This document shows positions 28,885-43,421 of a stretch of 64,000 nucleotides of DNA, piece by piece. Position 1 is the stretch's first letter. Every line of letters starts with the position of its first letter. The DNA is taken from assembly GCF_009914755.1 (NCBI RefSeq), contig NC_060938.1. One strand, given 5' to 3'. This stretch comes from the human T2T-CHM13v2.0 reference genome, Homo sapiens. Under the pieces are notes generated by a model that worked only from the letters and a program-made list of their open reading frames with translations, was not told the DNA's origin and did no database searches. Position numbers and translations under genes: made by a program.

Positions 28885-30422
28885 GGGTTATATAGTGGAA
28901 TGTTTTTATTTTAGGAGGTGCAGACTAAAGTTTTTGTGGTTGAAGTGTTCTGATGTCTACAATCTATTTAAAAATGATTTGGAAAAATGCATGTATGTAT
29001 TGTTTGTGAGTATAGAGACAGTGAAAGCACATAGAGCAAAATAATAATAATTGGTGAATCTATATGAAGTATATGATATATGGCTGCTCATTGTATTATT
29101 CTTTCAACATGTCTGTAGCTCTGCAAGTTTTCCAAATGAAAAGTTGAAAGGAAAAAGAACATAGGGATGAGATTGTGAGATAACAGAATGAGATGAAGCA
29201 TGGGTGGGCAGAACTCAGATCAAAGTATCAGAGAAATAAGGATGAAATGGAAGGGGTGCAAATAATAGGCAATTAAAAAAACCACAGCAAGGGACAAAAA
29301 TATAATTTTCTGAAATAGAGACATTAATTTATATTATGTATCAGAGAAAATTAATGCAGGAGAGCCAACCTAGAGATGTGTCCTAGTAAAGTTATTAAAC
29401 TTCAAAGATAACTAAGCAAAATGATCAAGTCACTGAGGGGCGGGGGAAGCAGGCTTGTTTCCGAGTTCCGTGCAGCAATATTCAATGTCAGAAGAAAGTC
29501 ATGCAATACTTAAAAAAGATGTCCAAGGGAAAAAAAAGTGTTACACATGGAGTTCAAATCCAGCCAAATTATCCTTCAACCATAAAGACTACAGATATCC
29601 TCGATCATAAAATAATTCAGGGGATGTCGATTCTTTGAATCTTTCTTGAAGAAACAATCAGAGGATGGATGCCAGCCAACAAAGAGATAACTGAGGACAT
29701 TATAGAAAAAAGACTGGAGGCAACTTTGAATATATGTAATGTAGACTAAAGCAAAAATAATTCCACACTTTAGAGTAATTGAAAATAATGTAAAAATGAC
29801 ATGTCCTGACAATGTATAAATACATGCACTGAACAAATACTCGTGGAGGAAGGGGGAAAGTAGGTGAGAGGTAGATTAAGGTAACTGATTGTTACATCTG
29901 TAATAAGTGGGAGTCAAAAAATATTACTCAAGACTGACAAACCAAGTAATAGAAGCATACACATTTTTAATAGTACAAAATGAAACTCAGAGAAAGATGT
30001 TCTCTTTGGTAGGAGAGAGGAGGAAGAGAGGAAGAGGAAATGTGCTTTTTTTTTCATTGTTCCTAGGCACTAATAGACATTTCTTGAATAATAGAAAACT
30101 AGAGGTATTTTTTAAAAGTTTTATTATAAAAGTAACAGAGCAAAAATGAAAACCTATTGAAATTTGAAAATAATTATTCACAGCAACAAAGACAACAGAC
30201 TACATAGTGAATGTTTTTAAAAAACTAAACAAAAATAGAACATAATGTTACTATGTTAGAACTAACGCTAATTTATTTGACATATGAATAGATGTTGAAA
30301 TAGGCTTAACTCACCTATTAAAATAAACAATATTTCAGAGTATTCTTAGGCAACACCCACCTTCATGCTGAGCTCAAGCAAGTGAGCACCTACAATAAGT
30401 GTTTTCAGAAAGGTTGAAAATA

Positions 30423-31151
<729 letters not shown>

Positions 31152-32081
31152 GAAAGAAAGTCACTTTATAATACTTAAGGATGGAATCCACAATGAATAC
31201 AACAGTTCTGAATATCTATGTACCAAATAGCAAAGCACAACATTCATAAAGCTAAAATTATAAGAGATACAGGGGGTAAAAACAGACAAACAAATGGTAG
31301 GAAACTTTAATTCACCCATCACAGTCAATGATGGATCAACTGAAAAAAAATAATTAGGATATAGAAAAAACCTAAATATCATATTTAGAAAAGCAGATAC
31401 AGGTTTACAATATCTTTTCCAAAACTCTCTATAGTTTTTCAAAGTGTGGAAAGCTGATATAGTACATATACTGAATATTATGTAATATCTTAATTGGGGT
31501 TCATAATGAAACACATTGATATTTTCTGCAGTGAACCATATGATGCGGGAAGCAAAAACCATAACTAGTCTTACATCAGTTTAGAACAGAGTTTGCTGTC
31601 AAAAGGAGTTACAAAAAAAAGTTTAGAAATCAGAACATTTTGGATTTAGGATATTTCAGAGTTGGGAAGGTGACTCTGTGTTGGGCTCCACATAAGGAAA
31701 AATTTCAACCTAGAACTGTCTAAAAAAGAAATGAAGTCCCTTGGAAGTGCCTGCCACTGGGGCTCAGGTGGGTGGGAGACATTCAAGCAGAGATGACCAT
31801 TTTTTCAGGCGACTCAAGTACCAAGTAGAGAGTTGGACAAGGAGACTACCAAGTTATTTTCTCACCTGGGATTCTAGGGTTAGACTAGCTGGAAAGTGGT
31901 GGGTTAGAGAAGGGGGATGAGCAGAATGGGTTCATACAATCCTATGCGTTGTCTCTTAGGTATCTGTCAAAATTAAAGCAAAATGGTACTGATCCAGTGT
32001 TCCAGCATGTGGTTGGGAAATGCGTATACAAGCTACTAACTCAGTGAAGATGGCAGACAAGTTGCTTTTTACAAGCTCTTA

Positions 32082-32426
<345 letters not shown>

Positions 32427-33390
32427 GTGCTGAAAGGTAGGGTAGCAAGTGGGGCTTTGAAGGGACAGCAAGCTTGTCCCCTCACTTCCTATGGCTGAAG
32501 CAGCAATATCACTCAGTGAGTACTTCTGAACTCTCTCTGTGCCATCAAGCACATTTGTAAATTTCTGAATTTGGTGCTGCATAGCTGGGGGCCACAGCAG
32601 GTTTAGGCGGTCAGTGAATACTGACAATAGAGAGCTTGGCCCATTTCTGAGAGCTGATAGGTCAGGTGGATGCTGGCGAGAAAAGGCAGTGGCAAGTGGA
32701 GGGCATTAGGCCTTTCTTGGGCCATAATTGGCTGATTTGATGATTATGAGCGAGGACTGGGGAATGGGGAAGGTCATTGCTGCTGGCTGCCGCTACCTGC
32801 CACGTGTCAGTGATGTTTTCTGGGTGCATGGGTTTCCTGACCCTTGTTGGGTTGCTTTACTGCTTTTTAAAACTTCCAAAGGACTCACCCTGCCTTCTTG
32901 GGAACAACTATCAGTGTTTGATGACTTTTGCTGAGGGAGCTCTTTCAATTATCTTCCTGGAATCACGCCAGTTGTGATTACTGCCACACTCTCTATGGTT
33001 CCACCACTCAGCCTGGAAAATGGTGAGGCTGGTGGAGTGGAGGTCAGCTACCCTCTGAAGCACTTCTTTCCCCCTTGCAACTTTAAGCAAACATTCCATG
33101 GCCAGAAGGGAGCAAAGTCTGTAGGAGGGCAGAGAGCAGCAGGACTCACCCGGTCAGAAGTCCTTTAAAACATTGATTTCTCTTCAGCTTGAACAAAACA
33201 ATATGAGTTGCATTATGGAGGAGGCAGAAAATGAAGATAAGCACAAAAAAGAAAACAAAAATCTCACCACGCAGAGATAAGTGCTATTCATGGTTTAGTC
33301 TGACTGTTTACAACTGGGTTCCTAGATGTCCTGGGGTTCTATGGAGGTGCTTCTAAGACGCCTTAAATACTTAGAATTTAACCAAAGAAT

Positions 33391-33922
<532 letters not shown>

Positions 33923-34451
33923 TTATGGAGACCACCAGCATGTGATCGTGTGTGTCTCTGCCAGCCTCAGCCCAGCTCCTCCTGCTGTCCCTGGGTGGTT
34001 ATTTGCACTTGTCATGAATGTGCCTTGGTTGGAAGGCTGGAGCCCTGCAGACCCACAGGTCTATCAGAGGGCTCAGGGCCTTACCTTCTGTATGTTCACC
34101 TCATGAGGAAATCGTGGGGTGTGTAAGAAGTGAATTTGTAACACATCGTGGTGTGATTCCATTGTATTATGGATCACTTTAGCACCTGTCTTTTATTTTT
34201 ATTATTGAGGTATGGTAAATACCTCTTAATAGAAATACATTTCAGTAAGTGGCAGGATACAGAATGCTGAGTACTAACCTTCCCCACCCCAAGCCCACAA
34301 TATCCTGTAACCTGTGGCCCCTCAGCTACCTGGCTGGGAAGTTCCCTCATGCCTTTAGAGGAGGATTTCAGAAATGTGGAGAGAAGGAAGCATGAGGATA
34401 CTCAGCTTTTTCATTGAAACTGAAAGCAGAGGAAAGTACTGATAGCTTTCA

Positions 34452-34787
<336 letters not shown>

Positions 34788-35128
34788 CTAAACAGTTGTC
34801 TAAACAGCAAAAGAAGAGCTGGGTTGGGGAAGGGAAGAGAATCAGAGGGAAAGCTGGAGAGAAACAAAGTTCCTGCACCCTGACCTACTATCCCACCCAA
34901 GGTCACAATCCTGGGTTGGAGACAGTCACCAGAATAAATGTGGGGACTCTGAGGCCAGAGAAGACCTGTGCTCCTTCCCAAGCATGGCCTGGGGAAGTTG
35001 GCTGAGATCCTGGAGTACCCTGTCTGGTCAGCTGTCATTGTGTCTGACGACTGCTGGATGGAGCATTGGGGCAGAGAGGCCACAAGTTGGCAAAGTCCTC
35101 CTCCTTGAGACTCCCGTGGCTCAATAGG

Positions 35129-35546
35129 TACAGGGAGCCAAAGGCCCGTGGGACGTGACCAACTCAGCATTCCACTGAGTCTATATGATCAAACAGCAAA
35201 CTGTTTATCATGAATACAGAATGTGGGCAAACTCACGACCGCGCCTGCCCCAGAAGGTTTGCTGAGGGCAATCACTTCCTGGCGCCAAGCTCCTTGAGGT
35301 TATCTACTGGGACATCTAGAGAATGCAGTCTTGTGAGACTACTCTGGACGAGCAGCTGACCCCTTCTTCCACCCCCCTTCTCACTATCTCTTTTGCCTAA
35401 TAAATACGGAGGGCTGTGTAAAGGTCAGGGCCCTTGTCCACTAGAGGCAAGGTGCCCCCTGACCCCTTCTTCCAAATATACGCTTTTGTCTTTTATTCCT
35501 GCATTCGCCCGCTTTGTTCAGTCCCCCTAGGTCCATGTGGGTTACA
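35129..35546 (+). repeat. 5' LTR of the HERV-K provirus
   Basis: TACAGGGAGCCAAAGGCCCGTGGGACGTGACC...GTTACA, a direct repeat of 39268-39687. Confidence 0.93.
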
Positions 35547-35549
35547 TAG

Positions 35550-35569
35550 TGGCGCCGCAGAACAGGGAC
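35550..35569 (+). other. Primer-binding site, tRNA-Lys(UUU)-type
   Basis: TGGCGCCGCAGAACAGGGAC versus the canonical Lys3 PBS TGGCGCCCGAACAGGGAC, located 3 nt after the LTR. Confidence 0.85.
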
Positions 35570-35745
35570 TTCAAGGACGTAAACGAAGAAGGTCTGCTGG
35601 AGCAGAGGAACTGAAATTGAGAAGGTGAACGGGGACCCCAGGCCGAGTCTGCCGACAGGGATATAAGGTCGGTGCCCTAAAGAGGTACTGGGAGCAGTGC
35701 TTTAAAGAAGTACTAGGAATGGGAAGTTTTCTGAATCAGGGTAAC

Positions 35746-37280
35746 ATGAGTCAGAATTTGTCTGTTGGAGAAAAACATTATGTGCAGTTGCTTAAAGTTT
35801 TGTTGAAACAAACTGGTGCTCAGGTCAGTTCTCAGACATTAAGATGCTGCCGGAGGTTATTACGCATAACCCATGGTTTCCACAGGCACTCTTGATGTGG
35901 AAAATTGGGATAGAGCAGAAGGATTAAAACAGGCTCATCAAAAAGGTTTTAAAGTTGATTCTTCAGTTTTTTCCACTCAGAGTTCAGTTCGTACTGTACT
36001 TCTGCCATTATCTCATTATTATGCGGGGTAGCAGGCTGAATCTAAAAATCTGAAAGAATCTGTTGTCCCACCCACAGATCCAATTGAAAATAAAAGACAG
36101 GAGAGGGAGAATAAAAATTGGCCTATACCACCTCCTCCAGTTGCAGAAACATCTGTACTGCCTCCTTTGGTGGCAAAAATAGAGACCCCCCAATACAGAG
36201 AATTTATGCTCTGCTGTCATAGCCGGAGAGCCCTTAGGACCTTGTGCTTTTCCTATTTCCGTAACGCCTGATCCAAATAATCCGCAGCAGGTTATTCACG
36301 AACACACTCCACTAGAGTTTAAGTTGTTAAAGGAATTAAAAGCGAGTGTGGTAAATAATGGCATACAGAGCCCATTCACTTTAGGATTGCTAGAATCAGT
36401 GTTTGGTGTCATACATCTTTTACCCTTTGATGTGAAACACTTGGCGCGAACTTGCTTGTCTGCGAGTGCATAGCTGATGTGTAATTTCAATTGGCAAGAA
36501 AAGTGTGCAGAGCAGGCTAGACAGAACTGTGCTGCTGGAAACGGAGACATTACAGAGGATATGCTATTGGGTAATGGCCCTTATTCAGACCTGGAACGTC
36601 AAATGGCACTCCCAGACGCTGCTTATCAGCAGTGCGCATAGGCCACTAAATGCACTTGGGCCACAATTCCTGAAGAGGGAGTCCCAGTACAATCCTTTTT
36701 ACATATCATGCAAGGGTCATAGGAACCCTATGCACAGTTTCTTTCAAGATTACAAGACGCAGTGAAGCGTCAGATTCCTCATACCATGGCTGCAGAAATG
36801 CTAACCTTAACTCTAGCTTTTGAGAATGCAAACACGGATTATAAAAGTGCACTGGCACCTGTGAGATGTACAAAAAACTTGGGAAATTTTCTCAGAGCTT
36901 GTCAAGATGCAGGAACTGAGCTTCATCGCTCTTCAATGTTAGCTGAAGCAATGGCTAATTTAGTAGTTGACAAATCTAAAAGGAGCCAAGGGTCAAGCTC
37001 TAAAATGGGAAAATGTTATAATTGTGGAAAAACTGGACATTTAAAAAAGGAATGCCACCAGATCTCAGGACAGAAAGGATCTTACAATGCAGTTCCCCCA
37101 TCAGCGGAAAAAACGCCAGGACTTTGTCCTCGCTGTAACAAAGGAAATCACTGGGCTAATCACTGCTGCTCAAAATTTCATCGGAATGGCACCCCCCTGT
37201 CGGGAAATGAGATGGGGGCCTGGACTTGGGTCCCACAAACAGTGAGGGCATTCCCAGTCCAGACCTTAACCCCGTTTTAG
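35746..37280 (+). pseudogene. gag: Disrupted gag (MA-CA-NC)
   Basis: Begins MSQNLSVGEKHYVQLLKVLLKQ (Ser rather than the myristoyl Gly at position 2) and contains frameshifts. Two CCHC knuckles, CYNCGKTGHLKKEC and CPRCNKGNHWANHC, lie in ORF 36762-37280. Confidence 0.9.
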
Positions 37281-38145
37281 GCATGGGTTCCTGGAGGCAC
37301 ATTGATTCCATCACCCCAGGAACACCAGGAAGTGCAGGATTAGATCTACCTGCCAGAGAAAGAATCACATTAGTTGGGGGAGACAAACCCATCAAAGTTC
37401 CCACTGGTATTTGGGGAACTTCACCAGCAGGATACATGGGACTAATTTTAGGCAAAAGCCGCCTTAACTTGCAAGGCATGACTGTAGTCCCAGGAGCTGT
37501 TGACTCTGATTATGAAGGAGAAACTCAAGTAGTTTTAATGTCACAAGATCTTTGGGTTTTTGAACTGGGAGAATATATTGCTCAATTATTGCTTATTCCC
37601 TGCAAATTACACCCTTCTCCATGAAAGGAGAAACGAGGAAATAAAGGGTTTGGGAGCACAACTACATGGGAAATCTATCTATCCCGACCCATAGCCTCTA
37701 ATAGACCCACCTGTGTAGTACAAATTAAAGGAAAGAAATTTTATGGGCTTATGGATACGGGAACTGATGTATCAGTAATATCTAAAGACAATTGGCCCAC
37801 ATCCTGGCTCTTGCAATTAACTTCTACATCCCTAGTGGAAGTAGGAACAGCTCAAAGTGTTCAACAGAGTGCTGAGATTTTACCTTGTCTTGGTCCGGAT
37901 GGGCAGTCATGTACTTTTCAGCCTTATGTTGCAAATATAGCTATCAGTTTATGGGGCTGAGACTTACTTACAGCATGGGAGATGAGACTTACAAATGAAA
38001 ACTTTGATAACCCAGGATTTAAAATGTTGAAGGACATGGATATCAGAGTGAAAAAGGTTTAGGGAAATTCCTACAGGAAAATCCTAACCTGATATCAGTA
38101 ACTGGCAAAACAGATAGAAAAAGGCTAGGAAATCAGGATTTCTGA
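37226..38145 (+). pseudogene. pro: Disrupted dUTPase-protease-G-patch (pro)
   Basis: dUTPase motifs GSAGLDL, GKSRL, GAVDSDYEGE and IAQL, then a stop at 37622 before RGNKGFGST. Protease active site MDTGTD and SLWG*DLL, followed by a G-patch-like segment. This order is typical of betaretroviruses. Confidence 0.9.
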
Positions 38146-38149
38146 CAGA

Positions 38150-39014
38150 GGTCATTGATATTTCTCCCCTGCCCACTGCCTTACCATTAGAATGGCTTAG
38201 TGACAAACCTGTGCGGGTGGATCAATGGCCCCTAACACAGGAGAAGCTAGATACCTCTGGTGCTTCAGCGCAATGCTGAGAGCTAATTACAGTCATTCAG
38301 GTTTTACAGCTCACAGCTTCAGATCCTATCAACATTGTCTGTAATTCAGCTTATGTTGTAAACGTAGCCAGTCACATTCACATGGAAACTGCTACAGTTA
38401 AAAGTACACTAGACCCAGAACTGCTTAATTTGTTTCACTTATTCTCAAATGCTGCATGCTACATGCCAAACAGGTGAGACAGCTGGTCATGTACAGTGAC
38501 ATTGTCTGTCATCATTTGCTCATATGGGGATACTTAAACAATTAAAAACTGACAATGGACTCGCTTATACTAGTCATGCTTTTCAAAATTTCTTATAGCT
38601 TTGGGCTATAACCCATAAAATAGGAATTCCTTATAATCCTAAAGGACAAGGCATTGTAGAGCAGGCACATTGAACATTACAACACATGTTGAAAAGACGA
38701 AAGGGGTATAGGAGGCCAACTACCACCTCAATCAAAACTACATTTAGCCTTATTTACTTCACATTTTTGGACTCCTGGTACAGATGGTAAGACTCCAGCA
38801 GAAAGACATTGGCAAGTGTTAGAGGAAAAGAGGAAAGTTTATCTGAAAGCATTATGGAAATCCCTGGAAGGACAATGGAAAGGTCGGGTGGATTTACTGA
38901 CGTGGAGAAGAGGGTATGCTTGTGTTTTCACAGGAGATGGACAAGCCGTGTGGGTGCCCTCAAGGTGTGTGCAACCATGGAATGGGAGACTGGAGGAACC
39001 CAGGGTGGCCAACC
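38150..39014 (+). pseudogene. pol: pol remnant: RT start, partial RNase H and integrase core/C-terminus (RT deleted)
   Basis: WLSDKPVRVDQWPLTQEKL jumps near 38252 to the RNase H AELI...NSAYV segment. It then jumps near 38435 to integrase KTDNG...GIPYNPKGQGIVE and WRRGYACVF...VWVPSR. Confidence 0.88.
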
Positions 39015-39209
39015 ATGGGTCCGGTCCCTCTGGTGTGAGCCATGAGCCAGCTGAGCCTGAGTGCGAAGACGGAGAGAAGGCCGACCACAGTCATGACATC
39101 AACCCCCATAACCTGGGGACAACTCAAGAAAACCACACAGGAGGCTGAGAAACTACTGGAGCACCAGGGACAGTCTGTAAAGTTGGATGGACCATCAATG
39201 GGAAAATGA
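39015..39209 (+). pseudogene. env: env leader / Rec-exon-1-like remnant, rest of env deleted
   Basis: MGPVPLV*AMSQLSLSAKTERRPTTVMTSTPITWGQLKKTTQEAEKLL resembles the HERV-K env signal peptide motif PTWAQLKKLTQ. An intact acceptor TTTTCACAG lies at 38933. Confidence 0.75.
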
Positions 39210-39267
39210 GAGCTGCCCACCCTGGCCTTACACTCCTTCAATTAATACATAAACAGAAAGGAGGATA

Positions 39268-39687
39268 TACAGAGAGCCAAAGGCCCATGGGACGTGACCA
39301 ACATTCCACTGAGTCTATACGATCAAACAGCAAACTGTTTATCATGAATACAGAATGTGGGCAAACTCATGACTGTGCCTGCCCCAGAAGGTTTGCTGAG
39401 GGCAATTGCTTCCTGACGCCAAGCTCCTTGAGGTTATCTATTGGGACATCCAGAGAATGCAGTCTTGCAAGCCTACTCTGGACCGAGCAGCTGACCCCCT
39501 CTTCCACTTCCCTTCACACTATCTCTTTTGCCTAATAAATACGGAAGGCTGTGTACAAGGTCAGGTCCCTTGTCCACTAGAGGCAAGGTGCTTCCTGACC
39601 CTTCTTCCAAATATACTCTTTTGTCTTTGTCTTTTATTCCCGCATTTGCCTCCTTTGTTCAGTTCCCCTAGGTCCTTGCAGGTTACA
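39268..39687 (+). repeat. 3' LTR of the HERV-K provirus
   Basis: Follows the PPT and reads TACAGAGAGCCAAAGGCCC...GGTTACA. It has a 5-nt deletion near its start relative to the 5' LTR. Confidence 0.93.
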
Positions 39688-40079
39688 AATGGGCAAGCAA
39701 CTGGCTGGTTTGGAAGGGACTTCTGGGCTGGGATAAGAAGAAGCATAGTGCAGGACTCAGGAATGGGATTAGGGAAGGAGTGTTCTGGGCGGAGGGAACA
39801 AGTGGAGCGGGCCTGGTTTGGGGCTCATTTGGCTGAAGGGGCAGAGGAAAAGTTAAGGAGGAAGGGGCACGCTGGTCGGTGTAGGCTGTGGAGGGGACTG
39901 CTGATTGTGATTGTATTCTCAGAGTGGTGGGGGCCATTGAACATTTTAAAGAGGGCAGCAACATGATCATTCATTCTGGCTGCTTTGTGGGAAATGCCTT
40001 CCAGGGATTAAGAGTGGAAGAAGGAAGATGACGACAATCCAGACCAGAGATGAAGGTGGCTTGAGGGCGGCTTGGCCAC

Positions 40080-40425
40080 GGCTGTGCTGTCCCACATGGA
40101 AGCCATTGGCCAATTAGCTATGAGCACTTGGAATGTGGCTGGTCTGAATGGAGATGTGCTGTGAGTGTAAAATACAGACTGAATTTTAAAGGCTTAGTAC
40201 AGAAACAAGAACATCAGATATCACACGGATAATTTTTAAAACTATTGATTACACGTGGAAATAACACTGTATTTTGACCACCACGCTGTATGGGGTTAAA
40301 TATTTTATTAAAATTCATCTTGCTTGCTTCATTTTACTTTAAAATCTGTCATCTAGAAAATCTACAGTTAGATACATGGCTTGTGTTTGTAGCTTGTGTG
40401 ATATTTCCAGTGGACAGCAGTGGAC
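40080..40425. mobile_element. hAT-Charlie DNA transposon (MER3/MER33-like)
   Basis: Terminal inverted motifs CTGTGCTGTCC...GGACAGCAGTG and internal GAGCACTTGGAATGTGGCT. Confidence 0.6.
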
Positions 40426-41177
40426 TAGAGTGCGAGCAGTGCGTGGCAAGAAAGGCTTGGATCTGTGTTGATCCTGAAATAGAGCTGAGGAGAGCATCAG
40501 GGGTAAAGGAGGGAGAGCTGAGCCATGGGTTTATCGGTTTTCCAGGAATGAGGGATCCTGGGGAAGAAACACGTCTGGGGAGAGGCCATTCATGAATAAA
40601 ATGTGCAAATGTTGAGCGGTCCCTTCATCATCCAGGTGGAGATGTGGAGTATGGGGCTGGACTTTAGAGGCAGTCAGGATGCACAATGGAAGTCATCAGC
40701 GTTTGGGTGGCATTTATAGCGCTGGGACTGCAGGAGATGATCTGGAAGTGAACATGAAGACGGAAGAGAAGAGGACTGAAGTCAGAACCCTGAGGTGCTT
40801 CAGCATTTAGAGTTGGGGAAAAGGAAGAAGATGCAAAGGAGACTGGTAAAGAATGACTAGTGAGGCCACAGAAACCCAGAAGAGTGTGGTGTCAAAACGC
40901 CCTGAAAAACCACCTGGAGGACCGGACCTAAGTGGCTGCTGCCCCCTGGAAGCAGGTCCCCCGCGGGGAGGGGGAAAGGAAGGGCTGCACTGCAATGCTT
41001 GGTTCCTTATCCTGAGCTCACCCTTCCCATCAGTCACTACACAGCAGCAGAGAGGAGGGACCTGGGCCTGGAGAGTTCCACAGAAGCCAGGGGCATGGAG
41101 ATGGCCCCCACATGCCTGCTGCCTTCGCCTTTCTCTTCCAAGAATCCAGAGTGGCTGAATTGGTTCAACCCTCATAA

Positions 41178-41654
<477 letters not shown>

Positions 41655-42544
41655 TAAAATCCAAATTCTTTAGCAAGACGTCCAAGGGCTTCCCTGATCT
41701 GACCCCGATCAGAATCCTTCCTGTCCTGGGGGGGCCCACCTCTCCTTGGAGGAGAGTGTTCTCTTCCTCCTTAAAGGTTTGCCACATTTGTGTGTGCTCC
41801 ATGAAGGTGCTTGGTAAACATCTGGAAACCCTCAGGACACCTTCCATAGGCCCTTCTGTTCCTTGTTTCCCTGCCATGGCTTCCCCACCGGAGGATAAGC
41901 TTCTGGAAGACAGGAGCAGAGACGTGAGTGGGTGGATCGGCAGGGCAACTCTCTGGGCACCCAGTTGCACGACAGCTTTCAGGTTTCGGACTAGTTTTGG
42001 CAGTGTTATCAATAAGTGGTGACTTGTTATCCACATTTAAAATTCTTAAATTTGCCTCTCAAAAAATCGCCCAATTTAAAAAATTGCAAAAGAGAACAGA
42101 AGAGAAAAGAAAAATTACAAGAAAGTTGGAAACATTTTGCTGACAAAAAATTTTTGAGACCTTTTGGACATTGCTTTATATCTACATGCTTGTAAATGAG
42201 CTTCTTTGGTTAAGTGTGAATGATTAAAGCTTTACATGGGTACATGTAGGAAATTCCTTATTTAAGCATAAGGGATTACATGATTTTTGTTTTATTAGAG
42301 AATCCCTTCTCCAGCCAAACAAATGTTAAAGAGATTTGAAGGGGCCCCAAGTTATCATCCGCTGCCCAGAAGCCCTCATGTCTCCATCTGATTCTATAAA
42401 GGAGTGTGGGTTGGTCAGTCTTTACATTTCCTGTAACTCTTAGAACGCTGTTAAATAAGTGATGCTTTACACGTGGTAGGGCACTTGCTGTGTTCACCGG
42501 AATCAAACTAACGGACAAAATTTCAGCTGCACTTATAAATTCTA

Positions 42545-42558
42545 CCACCAGAGGGCAG
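42545..42558 (+). promoter_or_regulatory. CTCF consensus site
   Basis: CCACCAGAGGGCAG matches the CTCF core motif and lies in non-repeat DNA. Binding is not demonstrated. Confidence 0.65.
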
Positions 42559-43199
42559 TAAGTCATCACTGATGGGATTGCCCTGCTGTCCCTTAGGTGC
42601 AGGGCAATCCCGTCAGCGGTGTTTGGGGAGGCGGGGAGGGGGGTGCGGAGTGCAGATGCGGGGGAAGGAAGGGATAAGGAAGATGTTTTCATATGGATAA
42701 TCCTTTGTGGAAGCCGGAAAAACCTGCCAGAGGGATAACTCAGCTTGACCTGATTCACAGCTTCTTAAAGCACTGTGTATAAACACAACTTTCGTATTGA
42801 TTTTTCTATACATCCAAATTTCCCCTTGATCTTTCAACCACAGTAGTTCTGAAATAATATACACTTCTCTTGCTTATGTGGTTCAGATCTTCTCTTCCCA
42901 ATTCCAAGACTTCTAATTGGTTCATAAAGCAACATTTAAGAATACGAAGTCCACTTCCTTCCCCATTTAATAAAGGAACACCTATAGTGCCTTCTGAAGG
43001 CCTGCTATGTGCCAGGCACTTTACATATCAAGTCCTTTTTATTTATCAAAACAACCCTGTGAAACAGTTACCATTAACCCCATTTTACAAATGGGAAAAC
43101 GGAGGCACAGAGAGATAAAATCATTGGTCCCAGAACAAGCCAGTGGCAGAGTGAGGATGTGAACCCAAATCTGCTGGCCTGCCCACTCATGCATGTATC

Positions 43200-43421
43200 C
43201 CAGTTTTTCTCCACCTCAGCCCTATTGCCGCTTTGGGCTGGATAGTTCTTTTTTGGGGGCAAGGACTGTGGGCTGTGTATTGCAGGATGTTTAGCAGCGC
43301 TATCGGCTTCTACCCCCTTGATATCAGTAGCACTCTTTCCCCTAGTTGCAACAACCAAAAATGTCTCTAGACATTGCCACAAGGCCCCTGGGTAGCAAAC
43401 CGTCATCGGGGAGAACCGCTG
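43200..43421. mobile_element. MER20-like DNA transposon
   Basis: CAGTTTTTCTC...GAGAACCGCTG termini and internal ACAACCAAAAATGTCTCTAGACATTGCCA. Confidence 0.7.

Larger units (their letters stand above)
35129..39687 (+). mobile_element. HERV-K provirus (LTR3 / HML-6-like), internally deleted, 4.56 kb
   Basis: Paired LTRs, PBS resembling tRNA-Lys3, gag-dUTPase/pro-pol-env remnants, PPT AAACAGAAAGGAGGA, and a 6-bp TSD AATAGG/AATGGG. Confidence 0.93.
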
